From assembly GCA_965215195.1 (NCBI GenBank), contig CBDCDC010000002.1, forward strand, positions 2,176,001 through 2,240,000: 64,000 nucleotides of DNA. The letters are read 5' to 3'. Below the pieces are notes generated by a model. That model saw nothing but the letters and a program-made list of their open reading frames with translations, searched no databases and was not told the DNA's origin. This document shows, piece after piece, positions 1 to 9,288 of the stretch; position 1 is the first letter of the stretch; every line of letters starts with the position of its first letter. Source of the DNA: Candidatus Latescibacterota bacterium. Its GTDB lineage: Bacteria > Latescibacterota > UBA2968 > UBA8231. The position numbers and the translations under genes were made by a program.

Positions 1-563
1 CAAGTCCATTCTCGATGGGTGGTGCGTTCGATTATGTCATCCCAAGTACGCACAAGCTCAGGTGTGTGAATCGGGTAGGAGTATTCGGGCATAGTATAGG
101 CCGATTTTATCCAAACCACATCAACCCCTTCCAACGCCGCCGTTAAGCACATCGTGGGACGGGAATCTACGATAGCGAGGTCGGGCTTCAAGCGGCCAAC
201 CAGCGCCCGCTCGGCTTCCACGCTCTGATGGATCAACGAGTCGCAGTCCGCCTCATTCGTGCCAAAATCCAGTACTGCTCCCAAGTCTTGTATCGGCGTG
301 GCGAGGTCGTGCAGTGGGAACTCCGCTTGCCGGACTGGGTCCGCAAACGAACCCGTGCCCGCAAACTCAACTGTGTATCCTCGACGGCGGAGCGTCGTAC
401 CCACCACCAAAGCACGATGCACAGAAGCACCATCAAAGCCGTGAAAGAAGATCAGTATTGAAACTCGGTTTCGATCAAGCCGGTGCGAGCGTTCCTTTTC
501 CTCAAGACGTCTGATGACCTTGAAGAGTCCGGCTACGGTCCGCTGTCGTATTGCGTTGAACAT
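1..563 (-). CDS. GT-B fold glycosyltransferase (GT1/MGT-like), N-terminal part; runs off the window start
   Basis: Not in the ORF track. Manual translation from ATG 563 (SD AAAGGAGG upstream) is open to base 1: MFNAIRQ...ILIFFHGFDGASVHRALVVGTTLRRRGYTVEFAG...ERALVGRLKPDLAIVDSRPTMCLTAALEGVDVVWI. This matches the GT1 N-terminal Rossmann pattern (L..RG..V.FA; kPDlvi.D). Confidence 0.75.
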   Translation of the reverse strand, partial: MFNAIRQRTVAGLFKVIRRLEEKERSHRLDRNRVSILIFFHGFDGASVHRALVVGTTLRRRGYTVEFAGTGSFADPVRQAEFPLHDLATPIQDLGAVLDFGTNEADCDSLIHQSVEAERALVGRLKPDLAIVDSRPTMCLTAALEGVDVVWIKSAYTMPEYSYPIHTPELVRTWDDIIERTTHREWT

Positions 564-574
564 CGTCCCCTCCT

Positions 575-1780
575 TTATATTCGGCCGCTCGTCCGCAGCA
601 GCTCTTCTACGAACTCAACCTTGTCGTCTAGCTGAAGTTCGCGGTATAGTTCCAAGGCTTGCCGCCACTGAAGTACGGCATCAAAAGGAGCCTGATTCGA
701 CGCATAGACCCGCCCCAAGCGAACTCTAACGTCGGCTACGGCCTCCAAGTCCGATACCTTCACAAACAATTGCACCGCCTGCCGATACGCTTCCTCGGCC
801 GCCTTAAGGTTTTCAACGTCCATATAGTTATCGCCCAAAAGAGTCGCTTGTGCCGCCCGGCCTCTGTTGTCTCCAATCGCGTCAAACAGTTCTCTAGCCT
901 GCTGGAACAACGCCGTGGCTTCTCGCGGGTCGCCTTTCTCTCGCAACACTTGCCCAAGACCGCTCACGGTGCGAGCCTCAAACTGTTTATTGCCTAATTT
1001 TCGTTGAATGGCCAGCGTCCGACAGTACATGGCTTCCGCCTCATCAAACTGACCCATCTGTCTATATACGCCGCCCAAGACGCTGTAATGATGAGCCAAT
1101 CCCTCGTCGCGCTGGAGCCGCTCCTCAATCGCAAGGCCTTTTTTGAGGATGGCTTCGGCGTCGGCTAAACGCTGCTGTCCAAGATAGACCATACCCAAGC
1201 CCTGATAATGGCCGGAAACACCTGGTAGATCGTCGAGTTCTTGACACACTTTTAGTCCCTGCTGGAAGTAGGCTTCGGCCTCTTCCGGTTTGTTCTGCTG
1301 GAGCGCCAACCGTCCCAAGTTGCCGCATTCTTCCGCCCAATAGGCCCTATTGCCCAACGCCTCGTGAAGTTGCTGAGCGCGGGTGTGCAGTTCTCGTGCC
1401 TCGGCGATTTTTCCTTGCAGATGAGCGACAAAGCCTCTGTTGCTATAGCTGACAGCCAGACGCTCCTCATCGCGGCGTTCATTATTGATCGCAAAGGCTT
1501 TATTGAGATAGTCAACCGCCTCGTCCATCCGTCCCATGACTTGGTACATCAGTCCCAAGCCGCTACACGCATCGGCTTCTAGCTCGTCATCTTGCCACTG
1601 CCGTCCCTTTTTAAGGACTCTTTTATACAGGGCTTCGGCTCTGTCGAGTTTCCCTTGTTCCTTGTAATAGCGCCCTAACAGGAGACAAGCCCTCACTTGG
1701 AGGCGCATATTGCGGTCTTGTACGGCCCACGCCCGCTGGATCGCAACGTCGCATTCGGGAATTAACGGAATGATTTCCAT
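575..1780 (-). CDS. Tetratricopeptide repeat protein
   Basis: About 9 tandem ~40-aa TPR units (e.g. A..YSNRG...HLQG...EA..LH.RA); SD GAGGAGG upstream. Confidence 0.9.
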   Translation of the reverse strand: MEIIPLIPECDVAIQRAWAVQDRNMRLQVRACLLLGRYYKEQGKLDRAEALYKRVLKKGRQWQDDELEADACSGLGLMYQVMGRMDEAVDYLNKAFAINNERRDEERLAVSYSNRGFVAHLQGKIAEARELHTRAQQLHEALGNRAYWAEECGNLGRLALQQNKPEEAEAYFQQGLKVCQELDDLPGVSGHYQGLGMVYLGQQRLADAEAILKKGLAIEERLQRDEGLAHHYSVLGGVYRQMGQFDEAEAMYCRTLAIQRKLGNKQFEARTVSGLGQVLREKGDPREATALFQQARELFDAIGDNRGRAAQATLLGDNYMDVENLKAAEEAYRQAVQLFVKVSDLEAVADVRVRLGRVYASNQAPFDAVLQWRQALELYRELQLDDKVEFVEELLRTSGRI

Positions 1781-1801
1781 ACCTCGCAGTTCCCTCCTCG
1801 G

Positions 1802-2010
1802 TTACAGCTTTTGCACGGCTTCCCATACCGGCGGCATCCCGCGCGCAAAAGAAGCGATGGTTCCCTCCTCGCTGATCACGTAAAATTGCGGTACGCCCCC
1901 GATCTGATAGGCTTGGGCAACCGCACCGGCCGAATCGACCAAAACGGGTATGGCCAAGTCGTGGGTTTCGACGATTTGCTGCACTTGGCCTTTCGTGCCT
2001 TGGCTGACTA
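1802..2010 (-). pseudogene. 3' half of a TlpA/AhpC-type redoxin split by IS630
   Basis: Removing the IS joins ...HLLL to VSQGTKGQVQQIVETHDLAIPVLVDSAGAVAQAYQIGGVPQFYVI in frame, restoring the thioredoxin-fold C-half with its cis-Pro loop (GVP). Confidence 0.9.
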
Positions 2011-3230
2011 GTGTCTTTTGACAACTAAAGTTATGGATGCGATATTCATGTCGAATCTCCAGCGCGAACTGATACCTGAGGAGTCTAGATATGAAGAAAT
2101 ATATCGTGCGTCTCCCCGACGAAGCGCGTCAGCAGTTAGAAGCTCTGGTCAGCACAGGTCACGCCCCAGCCTACAAGATCAAACACGCGAATATACTTTT
2201 GAAAGCCGATGCAGCAGGGCCCTGCTGGACAGATAGGGCTATTGCGGAAGCATTCGCCTGCCATAGAGTCACCGTCGAAAACGTTCGGAAACGTTTTGTA
2301 GAGCACGGGATGCAGGCGGCCTTAGAACGTAAAAAGCGCGTACAGCCGCCCCGCGAGAAGATTCTGGATGGAGCCGGTGAAGCCCGTTTGATCGCGCTGG
2401 CTTGTAGCCATCCCCCCGAAGGACGCAACCGCTGGACATTGGAGTTACTGGCCGACACGTTGGTCGAACTCAACGTGGTGGACTCCATTTCGTATCGCAC
2501 GGTGGGACGGACGCTAAAAAAAACGAATTGAAGCCGCATCTGCGTACCTGTTGGGTGATTCCACCTGAACAAAATGCAGCCTTTGTAGCCTGCATGGAAG
2601 ATGTTCTGGATCTGTATCATCGGCCCTACGATCCGAAAAGGCCTTGGGTGTGCATGGATGAGCAGCCCATCCAGTTGATTGGAGAAACCCGTATCCCGCT
2701 GCCCGCACGGCCTGGACACCCCCAACGGTATGATTACGAATACGCGCACAATGGCACAGCGGTCAATTTTCTGTTTACAGACCCCTTGGCCGGTTGGCGC
2801 AAGGTCAATGTGCGCTCACGCAAGACCGCTGTGGACTGGGCTTTTGAAATCAAAGAGCTATTGGAGGTGGATTATCCAGATGCTGAAGTGGTCTTGGTGG
2901 TGTGTGATAATCTCAACACGCACACGATTGCCGCTTTGTATGAAGCGTTTGAACCGGCCCAAGCGCGCCGGTTAGTTAGACGACTTGAGTTGCATTACAC
3001 CCCCAAACATGGCAGTTGGCTCAATATCGCTGAAATTGAGTTGCGCATTTTGTCCCAGCAATGTCTAAATGCGCGCATACCCGATGAAGAGACCTTGAAG
3101 GCGGAAACCCACGCTTGGGAACAGGCACGCAACGAAAACCAGAAAGCCGTGGACTGGCGGTTTACCACCGATGATGCGCGCATTAAACTGAAACGGCTTT
3201 ACCCAAAATTTTAAGTGTCAATAGATACTA
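2009..3230 (+). mobile_element. IS630-family insertion sequence, apparently intact
   Basis: Imperfect terminal IRs TAGTGTCTTTTGACA / TAGTATCTATTGACA; duplicated TA inside a CTAG target (2009-2010 and 3229-3230); HTH and DDE ORFs. Confidence 0.95.
2091..3214 (+). CDS. IS630 transposase in two ORFs (2091-2531 HTH; 2528-3214 DDE) joined by a probable programmed frameshift
   Basis: A8 run at 2516-2523 (LKKTN); motifs MDEQ, CDNLNTH, YTPKHGSWLNIAEIE; typical C-terminus ARIKLKRLYP. Confidence 0.93.
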
Positions 3231-3552
3231 GTAGTAAATGGATCTCTTGGGGAAGGTCGTACTCTACCAAGTGGCTTTCTAACTCGTTGCAATACGGGCA
3301 GGTAGGGGTTACAAAGATCAGCCCTACTCGCTGCCCCTTAAAACCGCTGAGTCTGACGGGGTCCCCTTGCACGGAGGGCAATTCAAAATCAGGGGCATCC
3401 GTTCCCTCAGACAGAGGCTCAGAACGCTTTGTATCCCCCTCGCTCCAGACGATCCCCACTGATTCCTCAGACTTCCCCTTAAAAATTAGCGCGAGCAACA
3501 AGACCACGCTGACAAGCCCGGCGATCTTCCAATGCTTTTGATCGGCCATCAT
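3229..3552 (-). pseudogene. 5' half of a membrane-anchored TlpA/AhpC-type redoxin (CPYC)
   Basis: N-terminal TM, APDFELPSVQGDPVRLSGFKG, TPTCPYC; interrupted at CTAG by IS630. Confidence 0.9.
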
Positions 3553-4100
3553 TGTGTCCTCTCTTCTTCTATTACTTTTTGCGCGGACTGCACGATGTTC
3601 TCAATCGGAAAGCCTGAACCCCGAACGGCCTCGACGATCCGCTGTTCCCCATCCACCAAAAGCGCGGTCGGGAAATTCGTGATGTTGAGATGCTCCATTG
3701 TCAGCAGCGTATCTACGGCAATGGGAAAGGCCAAGGCGTGTTCGGTGACCTTTTCCATCAATCCTTCCCGCGTGTTGGCAATCATCAAGATGGGAATATC
3801 GGTAGCCGCTTCCCCTATAATGGGGTACATGGTATCACAGGCATCACAACCTAACAGGGTGAAGACCAGCAAGTAAGAAGTACCTTGGTACAGGTAAGTA
3901 GAAATAGAGGCACCGTCTAACTGTTCGAGGTCGTATTCCGGGATGCGTTTCCCTAGCAGGTAGTCTAAGCCGGTAGCCACTGGGGCGATTGGCGGATTGT
4001 TGATTTTTGTCGCCAATAATATGCTAGTCCCCAAGAAGATGCCCAACACTGTTGACAGCAACAGCATCGTCGCTTGCGGTTTCGAGCGCGTAGCTTCCAT
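3549..4100 (-). CDS. Membrane-anchored thioredoxin-fold redoxin (CDAC)
   Basis: N-terminal TM, LLVFTLLGCDAC, FPIAVD, TNFPTALLVD; ATGA overlap with the next gene. Confidence 0.85.
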   Translation of the reverse strand: MEATRSKPQATMLLLSTVLGIFLGTSILLATKINNPPIAPVATGLDYLLGKRIPEYDLEQLDGASISTYLYQGTSYLLVFTLLGCDACDTMYPIIGEAATDIPILMIANTREGLMEKVTEHALAFPIAVDTLLTMEHLNITNFPTALLVDGEQRIVEAVRGSGFPIENIVQSAQKVIEEERTQ

Positions 4101-4118
4101 CGTGTACCTTTCCTTTCC

Positions 4119-5276
4119 CTAAAGCGCATCGAACAACGGCTGAATCCACCGATTGGCCGGCCGGACGATACTGCCGGCCCATATCAGGGTTAGGCTGACG
4201 CCAACCATTAAGGCCGGCGCAAAAGGCAGCGACAGTTCAATCTCTACCTGATCATCCCATTCGCGAAACAACCCCTTCTTTTGTAAGTCTTTTAATTGGC
4301 GCACTTTCCTGATGGTCAACGGCTTTCCCTTTCGGCCTATTCGCTCTCGTGTATCTCTACTCTGCTCGCTGAATGCGACCACTTCGACTCGATCTTTGGC
4401 GGGGGTTTCATAAATCGACTGGTGTAATACCATGCCCGGTTGTAAGGCATCGATAGAGACCGGCTGTACAAACTTCTGGTAGTCGAGAGAATGGATATAC
4501 ACATAGACGTTCCGTATGCCCCACAGCACAGCCCAAAGCACCAGATAGATCAGATAGTTCCCGGTGCTAATGGCGCTAAAGATACCGATTACAAGCCCGG
4601 GAACGATCAAGATGATTTTATTGGGTGCCTTAGTCATATCTTCATGAATCAAATAGAGCACCGCTCCCACCACGATAGCCTCGGCAAGAGTCAACGTCAC
4701 ACCGACTAACGTCGTCCCCCCTAACACCAGTCCGCTCAGGCCGGCCGCCTCAACCCCAGAGCGCAACCAACCCCAACTCATGCCCTTTCTAGGCTCGCTT
4801 GCAGGGGTCTCGATGGATTTTGTGGGTTTATGGATGACCAGAAGGACTAAAAGAAAAACGGTATTGGTCAAAATGGTATTGACCAACAAGGCCCAAATAG
4901 GAGCATTCAGCGAAAAGAAGGCCAAGGAAAACGTCGGCCATTGCCCACCAAACAACGTACTCGGTATGGCCGCGACCATGGCCCAATACAGCTTGGCATC
5001 TCCCGCCCCCCAGAAGCCATACATAAACAACAGGTAGCCGACGACAAATCCCAACAGACAGGATAGACCGATCTGGACGAGTGTAACCTCGCCCAAGACC
5101 CACAATCCCATCTGTCCCATCAACCCAAGACCGAGCAAGATCCAAGTAGCCGAGTTGGGAATCTCTCTATGGCTGATGTCCGTATAGGTGGTGTAGGAGG
5201 CGACCACCATGATCGAGCACAGTAAGGCCCATTCTAACAAGAAGACGGCATTGACCTCATTCAGCAACACATTCAT
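4119..5276 (-). CDS. A24-family prepilin/preflagellin peptidase with extra TMs and a FlaK-like C-terminal domain
   Basis: Two catalytic Asp motifs, YTDISHREIPN and GAGDAKL; C-terminal LQPGMVL...LPFAPAL. Confidence 0.85.
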   Translation of the reverse strand: MNVLLNEVNAVFLLEWALLCSIMVVASYTTYTDISHREIPNSATWILLGLGLMGQMGLWVLGEVTLVQIGLSCLLGFVVGYLLFMYGFWGAGDAKLYWAMVAAIPSTLFGGQWPTFSLAFFSLNAPIWALLVNTILTNTVFLLVLLVIHKPTKSIETPASEPRKGMSWGWLRSGVEAAGLSGLVLGGTTLVGVTLTLAEAIVVGAVLYLIHEDMTKAPNKIILIVPGLVIGIFSAISTGNYLIYLVLWAVLWGIRNVYVYIHSLDYQKFVQPVSIDALQPGMVLHQSIYETPAKDRVEVVAFSEQSRDTRERIGRKGKPLTIRKVRQLKDLQKKGLFREWDDQVEIELSLPFAPALMVGVSLTLIWAGSIVRPANRWIQPLFDAL

Positions 5277-5289
5277 AGCCCAATACTCC

Positions 5290-5880
5290 TCAAAAGGTGA
5301 TTCCCGTGGACTCTGCTAGCCAAGTTCCGGCTTGGCTCCATTGAGTCACCAAGGCATTCACGGACCGGGTAGCTCCGGTTATTCCATCGATATCTCGGCC
5401 TACGACCAAAGGCTCCGAGAGTGCCCGCCCGCTCAGTTGGGCAAAGAAGGCGGTCGGATCGAAGGGGCCATCGGCCAGTTCCCAAGATTCCAAGGGCAAA
5501 ACAGCCGCAACGCGATCTTCTTTCGGCCCGATGAGGATGCCCGCTAGTAGATCGCGGCAGGTCGCACAGGCAATATCGTGGCGCACGACGACTAGCTTGT
5601 AGGCCAACGCCTCGTCGTTTGTAAGAACGCGATAGGCTGACAATACACCGGAACGCGGCGCGGGTGTGGCCTGATACACTTCTGTTAGGTAGAGAGCGCT
5701 CGCGGTGGAATCGAACTCAGCGAGACGAAGAAGCATGACTTCTTCTGGTGGAATAGACGGCAGGGGCGATTCGGGGCTGAGGCTCTTTTCATAAAGGCCC
5801 ATAAGCAGGATGATCGCAGGTATTAATAGCAGGATTAAACCGGAGTAAATCCAGTATAATGGATGCTTAGGCTGTCCCAT
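5290..5880 (-). CDS. Membrane-anchored FMN-binding protein with a CxxC motif
   Basis: N-terminal TM; flavinylation motif DGITGATRS; CATC. Confidence 0.75.
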   Translation of the reverse strand: MGQPKHPLYWIYSGLILLLIPAIILLMGLYEKSLSPESPLPSIPPEEVMLLRLAEFDSTASALYLTEVYQATPAPRSGVLSAYRVLTNDEALAYKLVVVRHDIACATCRDLLAGILIGPKEDRVAAVLPLESWELADGPFDPTAFFAQLSGRALSEPLVVGRDIDGITGATRSVNALVTQWSQAGTWLAESTGITF

Positions 5881-5926
5881 GCCGTCTTATCCTCGTTCGA
5901 GTCAAATAGCTTAAAAGAATGTCCTC

Positions 5927-6748
5927 TTACGGCAGCTTCGTCGTCTTTTTCGCTTCCACCCGCCCATCAATTTCGACCTGATAGACATACACCCCGGCGG
6001 CCACCGCATTGCCCACCTCGTCGCGGCCATCCCACACGAACCGATGACTCCCCGCCCGCAGCGACCCGTCCCACACCTGCCGCACCCGACGACCCAACAC
6101 GTCGTACAGAGCCAAGTGGACCCGATCTTCGTCGTTAGCGAGATCGAGGGGAATGACCATTGTGGGATTGAACGGATTGGGATAGGCATTGCCCAGCCGA
6201 TGCTGCGCCGGCCGCGCTGCCGCCGACATCTGCACCGCCGTCGCAGTCGGTTGCTCCGCTTCCGAACAGGGCGTGGACGAGCACTCGCAATCTAACCCAG
6301 CAATGTCGTCATCCACGTTATAGTACGTGGTGCAGTACCGGTATGGCGTGGTCGAGTTTCTCTCCGCGCACCCGTCGTGGTAGCGACACTCCGTCTTTGG
6401 GGGGGTGAGGCAAGGGGCGGTCGGCTGCTCAGCCTCCGAACAGGGGATGGAGGAGTACCAGCAATCTCCGGTTATGTAGAGGTTACACTGCAAGTCCAAG
6501 CCATAGGTGCAGTAGCGGTATTGCTCGGTCGAATCCGCCGGGGCCCTATCGAAGCAGGGGTGGGGGCTGGAACTGGAGCTACAGCCGATCCAAGTAGTAG
6601 TCCCACACCGCACCCTGTCGTCGTCGTCGGATTCCCTAGCACTGGCGAGGATCGCAAGCCCCGCAAGGGCGATGATAACCCACCCCAATCCCTGCCGAGC
6701 CGGGGCCAAGCCGCTGGATGAGCCGATAAATTCACGCAAACTGTTCAT
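5927..6748 (-). CDS. Secreted Cys-rich protein (2 x 7-Cys repeats) with a C-terminal FlgD-Ig/sorting-type domain
   Basis: Leader shared with 9289-9570; repeats containing YRYCT and ending SS.PCSEAEQPTA; tail AYPNPFNP...YDVLGRRVR...WDGRD...GVYVY. Confidence 0.85.
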   Translation of the reverse strand: MNSLREFIGSSSGLAPARQGLGWVIIALAGLAILASARESDDDDRVRCGTTTWIGCSSSSSPHPCFDRAPADSTEQYRYCTYGLDLQCNLYITGDCWYSSIPCSEAEQPTAPCLTPPKTECRYHDGCAERNSTTPYRYCTTYYNVDDDIAGLDCECSSTPCSEAEQPTATAVQMSAAARPAQHRLGNAYPNPFNPTMVIPLDLANDEDRVHLALYDVLGRRVRQVWDGSLRAGSHRFVWDGRDEVGNAVAAGVYVYQVEIDGRVEAKKTTKLP

Positions 6749-6768
6749 AGTTTACCTCTCCTTAGTTG

Positions 6769-6830
6769 CTCAGTACATCCGCGGCCGTGCCACTACGGTA
6801 CTCGAAGTGAGGATTGAGCAGTAGCCGACA
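6769..6830 (-). promoter_or_regulatory. Conserved 5' leader element of the Cys-rich precursor genes, copy 1 (hairpin)
   Basis: Homologous to 9590-9654; AGTAC-CGTA-GTGGC-ACG-GCCGC-GGAT-GTACT stem. Confidence 0.55.
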
Positions 6831-6861
6831 CTATCTCACGAAATGAATTCATCCCCATCCC

Positions 6862-9045
6862 TCAAGGCAGCTTCGTCATCTTTTTCGCTTCCACCCGCCC
6901 ATCAATTTCGACCTTATAGACATACACCCCGGCGGCCACCGCCTTGCCCGCCGCGTCGCGGCCATCCCACACAAACCGATGACTCCCCGCCCCCAGCGGC
7001 CCCTGCCACACCTGCCGCACCCGACGACCCAACACATCGTACACCGCCAGCGACACCTCCGCCGCGTCCGTCGCTAAATCAAGAGGGATCACAACTGCCG
7101 GATTAAACGGATTGGGATAGCTGTCGCCGAGCCGATGTTGCACCGGCCGCGCTGCCGCTGGCGTCATCACCGCCGTCGCCTGCTCTCCCAGCGAATTCTT
7201 GAGTACATGCACTCCACCCAAGATCGGATCCAACACCACCAAGTCGAGATCGCCGTCGTTATCCATATCCCCGGACAGCACGGATCGCCCATTGCCCTCC
7301 AGCCAATGCCGCTCCCCGGCTTGAGTCGGGTTGACACTCCCTCCCCATTCGACAAAGACCCCAAAGCCCGAAGCCCGATCCCCGCCGATAAACACCCAGT
7401 CGTCCACCCCATCGGCGTTGAGATCGCGCACCAGCACCTTCGAGCGCCGCAACAGCCGATCATCATACAGCACCTCGGCTTCTAAGCGGTCTCCGGCTTC
7501 CTTGCTCTGCAAGACGATGCCCTTGCTCCCTTCAACTTGATCGGATGCCACCTCCGTGAGGAAATCCACTTGCCCATCCCCATCAAAATCGCCCACCCCT
7601 AACGTCGATGTATGTTCATCGAATTCAAAGATCGCGCCGCTCTGAGGCTCTTCGCCCAAGGCCCCCACAAACCACCTGTAAATCCCCCTCGACTCCCCGC
7701 GGATCGGCGTCCAAAACACGTCAAGTGTCTCATCGCCCGTAAAGTCGCCAATATGATGGGGTACATCGGTTTCGGAATACGCCACCTCCTCGAAGGTCCA
7801 TACGCCCTGTTCTACATCCCATACCTCTAGCGTGCTATAAAACTCCGCCGTACCCGCTATCGCTTCGTCTAAAGTGCCTTCATACGTAGCCCCTCCTACA
7901 ATTAATTCGGCCTTCCCGTCGCCATCCCAATCCGCCACACTATGAACCCATCTATCGACCTGCACGAGCATCTCGACTTGGAGATCCGGCCCGATAGACC
8001 ACACTTCTGTGCGGAGCTCCCGGTTGCTTCGCGATATCGCGATTTCGTCTTGACCATCGCCCGTCAAATCAGCACCCATCGCCTCTAAGTTCACCCCTGA
8101 GAAGACTAGTACCGTTTCGCCACCAATAGTAACCTCCCTTGGTTCCTCTTCTTCCTGTATAACAGGCCCCCGTTCTAAGGTCCCTTGCCCGTCATTGAGG
8201 GCCATCAGCCAGCCACTTATAGGTCTAGGCCCCTCTGATTCCGTTTCCATTCCCGTTTCCCAGAGGCCAAAAAGGTCTAAGTCGCCATCGCCATCCAAGT
8301 CCGTCAACACGCCCCCTTCCCTGTCGCTTAGATAGCCTTTTCTATGTCCTCTAGCGCCTACTTCTCCTATGCCTAGCGCAATCGGATAGAACACTGGTGA
8401 GGCAAAAAGTCCAGCCCCCTCAGAACGAAAGTAGTACTCTACGTGCGGCGGCGGCAGTTCCCCCTCTATCTGCTCTTCCACGCCCGTCAACTCGATCCAG
8501 TCGATCTCAAACGACTCAACGGCACCCGAACCATCTAGAAAAAAACCGAGTCGAATATTTTTCAATAGGCCCTCCCAGTGGTCTTGATCCGCCAACAACA
8601 GCACCACTTCCTGCCACTCGGTGGTAAAGACTATTCGTTGTCGGGGTTCGGGGCTGTCCTCAAAAAGGCCAAGGCCTACATAGCCTGAAGAGTAGTTTTC
8701 CCAATACATCCAAACCACCCCTTCCGTAGCGCGGTCATGGACGGTGCGGCAGCGGATGCGGACTTGATCGAACAAGCCCGAATCATACCCAATGGTATAA
8801 GAAACCACTTCGACATTCGACTGCCCAGAGGTGGTCAAATTCTCGAGGACGGAGGGCGAGACCGTGATGCGCCACACGCCGTCTTCAACCACCCCCGGAA
8901 ACTGGCTAAATTCACGCGTACCACCCACTTTATGAGTTTCTTTAGGGGTCCACCCTTGCGTCGTCCCATCGTCGAAATCCCATTTGATCGCCTCGGCGGG
9001 ATCGCCCCATAACACCACGCATACAATAACGGCTAGCTTCAACAT
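6862..9045 (-). CDS. Secreted FG-GAP/VCBS-repeat protein with an N-terminal beta-sandwich and a C-terminal FlgD-Ig domain
   Basis: Signal peptide MLKLAVIVCVVLWGDPAEA (SD AAGGAG); DLDGDGDLD, DWDGDG, DFDGDG and DLNADG repeats; YPNPFNP tail. Confidence 0.88.
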   Translation of the reverse strand: MLKLAVIVCVVLWGDPAEAIKWDFDDGTTQGWTPKETHKVGGTREFSQFPGVVEDGVWRITVSPSVLENLTTSGQSNVEVVSYTIGYDSGLFDQVRIRCRTVHDRATEGVVWMYWENYSSGYVGLGLFEDSPEPRQRIVFTTEWQEVVLLLADQDHWEGLLKNIRLGFFLDGSGAVESFEIDWIELTGVEEQIEGELPPPHVEYYFRSEGAGLFASPVFYPIALGIGEVGARGHRKGYLSDREGGVLTDLDGDGDLDLFGLWETGMETESEGPRPISGWLMALNDGQGTLERGPVIQEEEEPREVTIGGETVLVFSGVNLEAMGADLTGDGQDEIAISRSNRELRTEVWSIGPDLQVEMLVQVDRWVHSVADWDGDGKAELIVGGATYEGTLDEAIAGTAEFYSTLEVWDVEQGVWTFEEVAYSETDVPHHIGDFTGDETLDVFWTPIRGESRGIYRWFVGALGEEPQSGAIFEFDEHTSTLGVGDFDGDGQVDFLTEVASDQVEGSKGIVLQSKEAGDRLEAEVLYDDRLLRRSKVLVRDLNADGVDDWVFIGGDRASGFGVFVEWGGSVNPTQAGERHWLEGNGRSVLSGDMDNDGDLDLVVLDPILGGVHVLKNSLGEQATAVMTPAAARPVQHRLGDSYPNPFNPAVVIPLDLATDAAEVSLAVYDVLGRRVRQVWQGPLGAGSHRFVWDGRDAAGKAVAAGVYVYKVEIDGRVEAKKMTKLP

Positions 9046-9102
9046 GAGACCACAGCTCCTTTCCAACAGGTAAAATTCCGACCGACCGCGTACTATCCGT
9101 GC

Positions 9103-9260
9103 AAAAAAAAAAGAGCACCGGCTTAATCACTGACGTTACGCAGTTTTCCAGAAAATTCTCAATTTCACCCCAACATCTTGGGTCAACAGGCTTCGATAAA
9201 CCACAAGATAGAGAGCGACTGCGTAACGTCAGTTAATCACTACGATTAAACCGGCCTCTT
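9103..9260 (-). terminator. Intrinsic terminator after the 10-Cys peptide gene, interrupted by a MITE
   Basis: Without the MITE the sequence is AAGAGG-CCGG-T-TTAATC-gtagt-GATTAA-G-CCGG-TG-CTC followed by a T10 run; an uninterrupted homolog lies at 17247-17285. Confidence 0.7.
9130..9232. mobile_element. 103-bp MITE
   Basis: Perfect 15-bp TIR CTGACGTTACGCAGT (9130-9144 / 9218-9232) with a 7-bp target duplication TTAATCA (9123-9129 and 9233-9239). Confidence 0.88.
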
Positions 9261-9288
9261 ACCCCTTAGAAGCGGCCTTGATCTCTCC

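Noticed and set aside
228-729. Short plus- and minus-strand ORFs in the track
   Set aside because: They are shadows of the glycosyltransferase and TPR genes.
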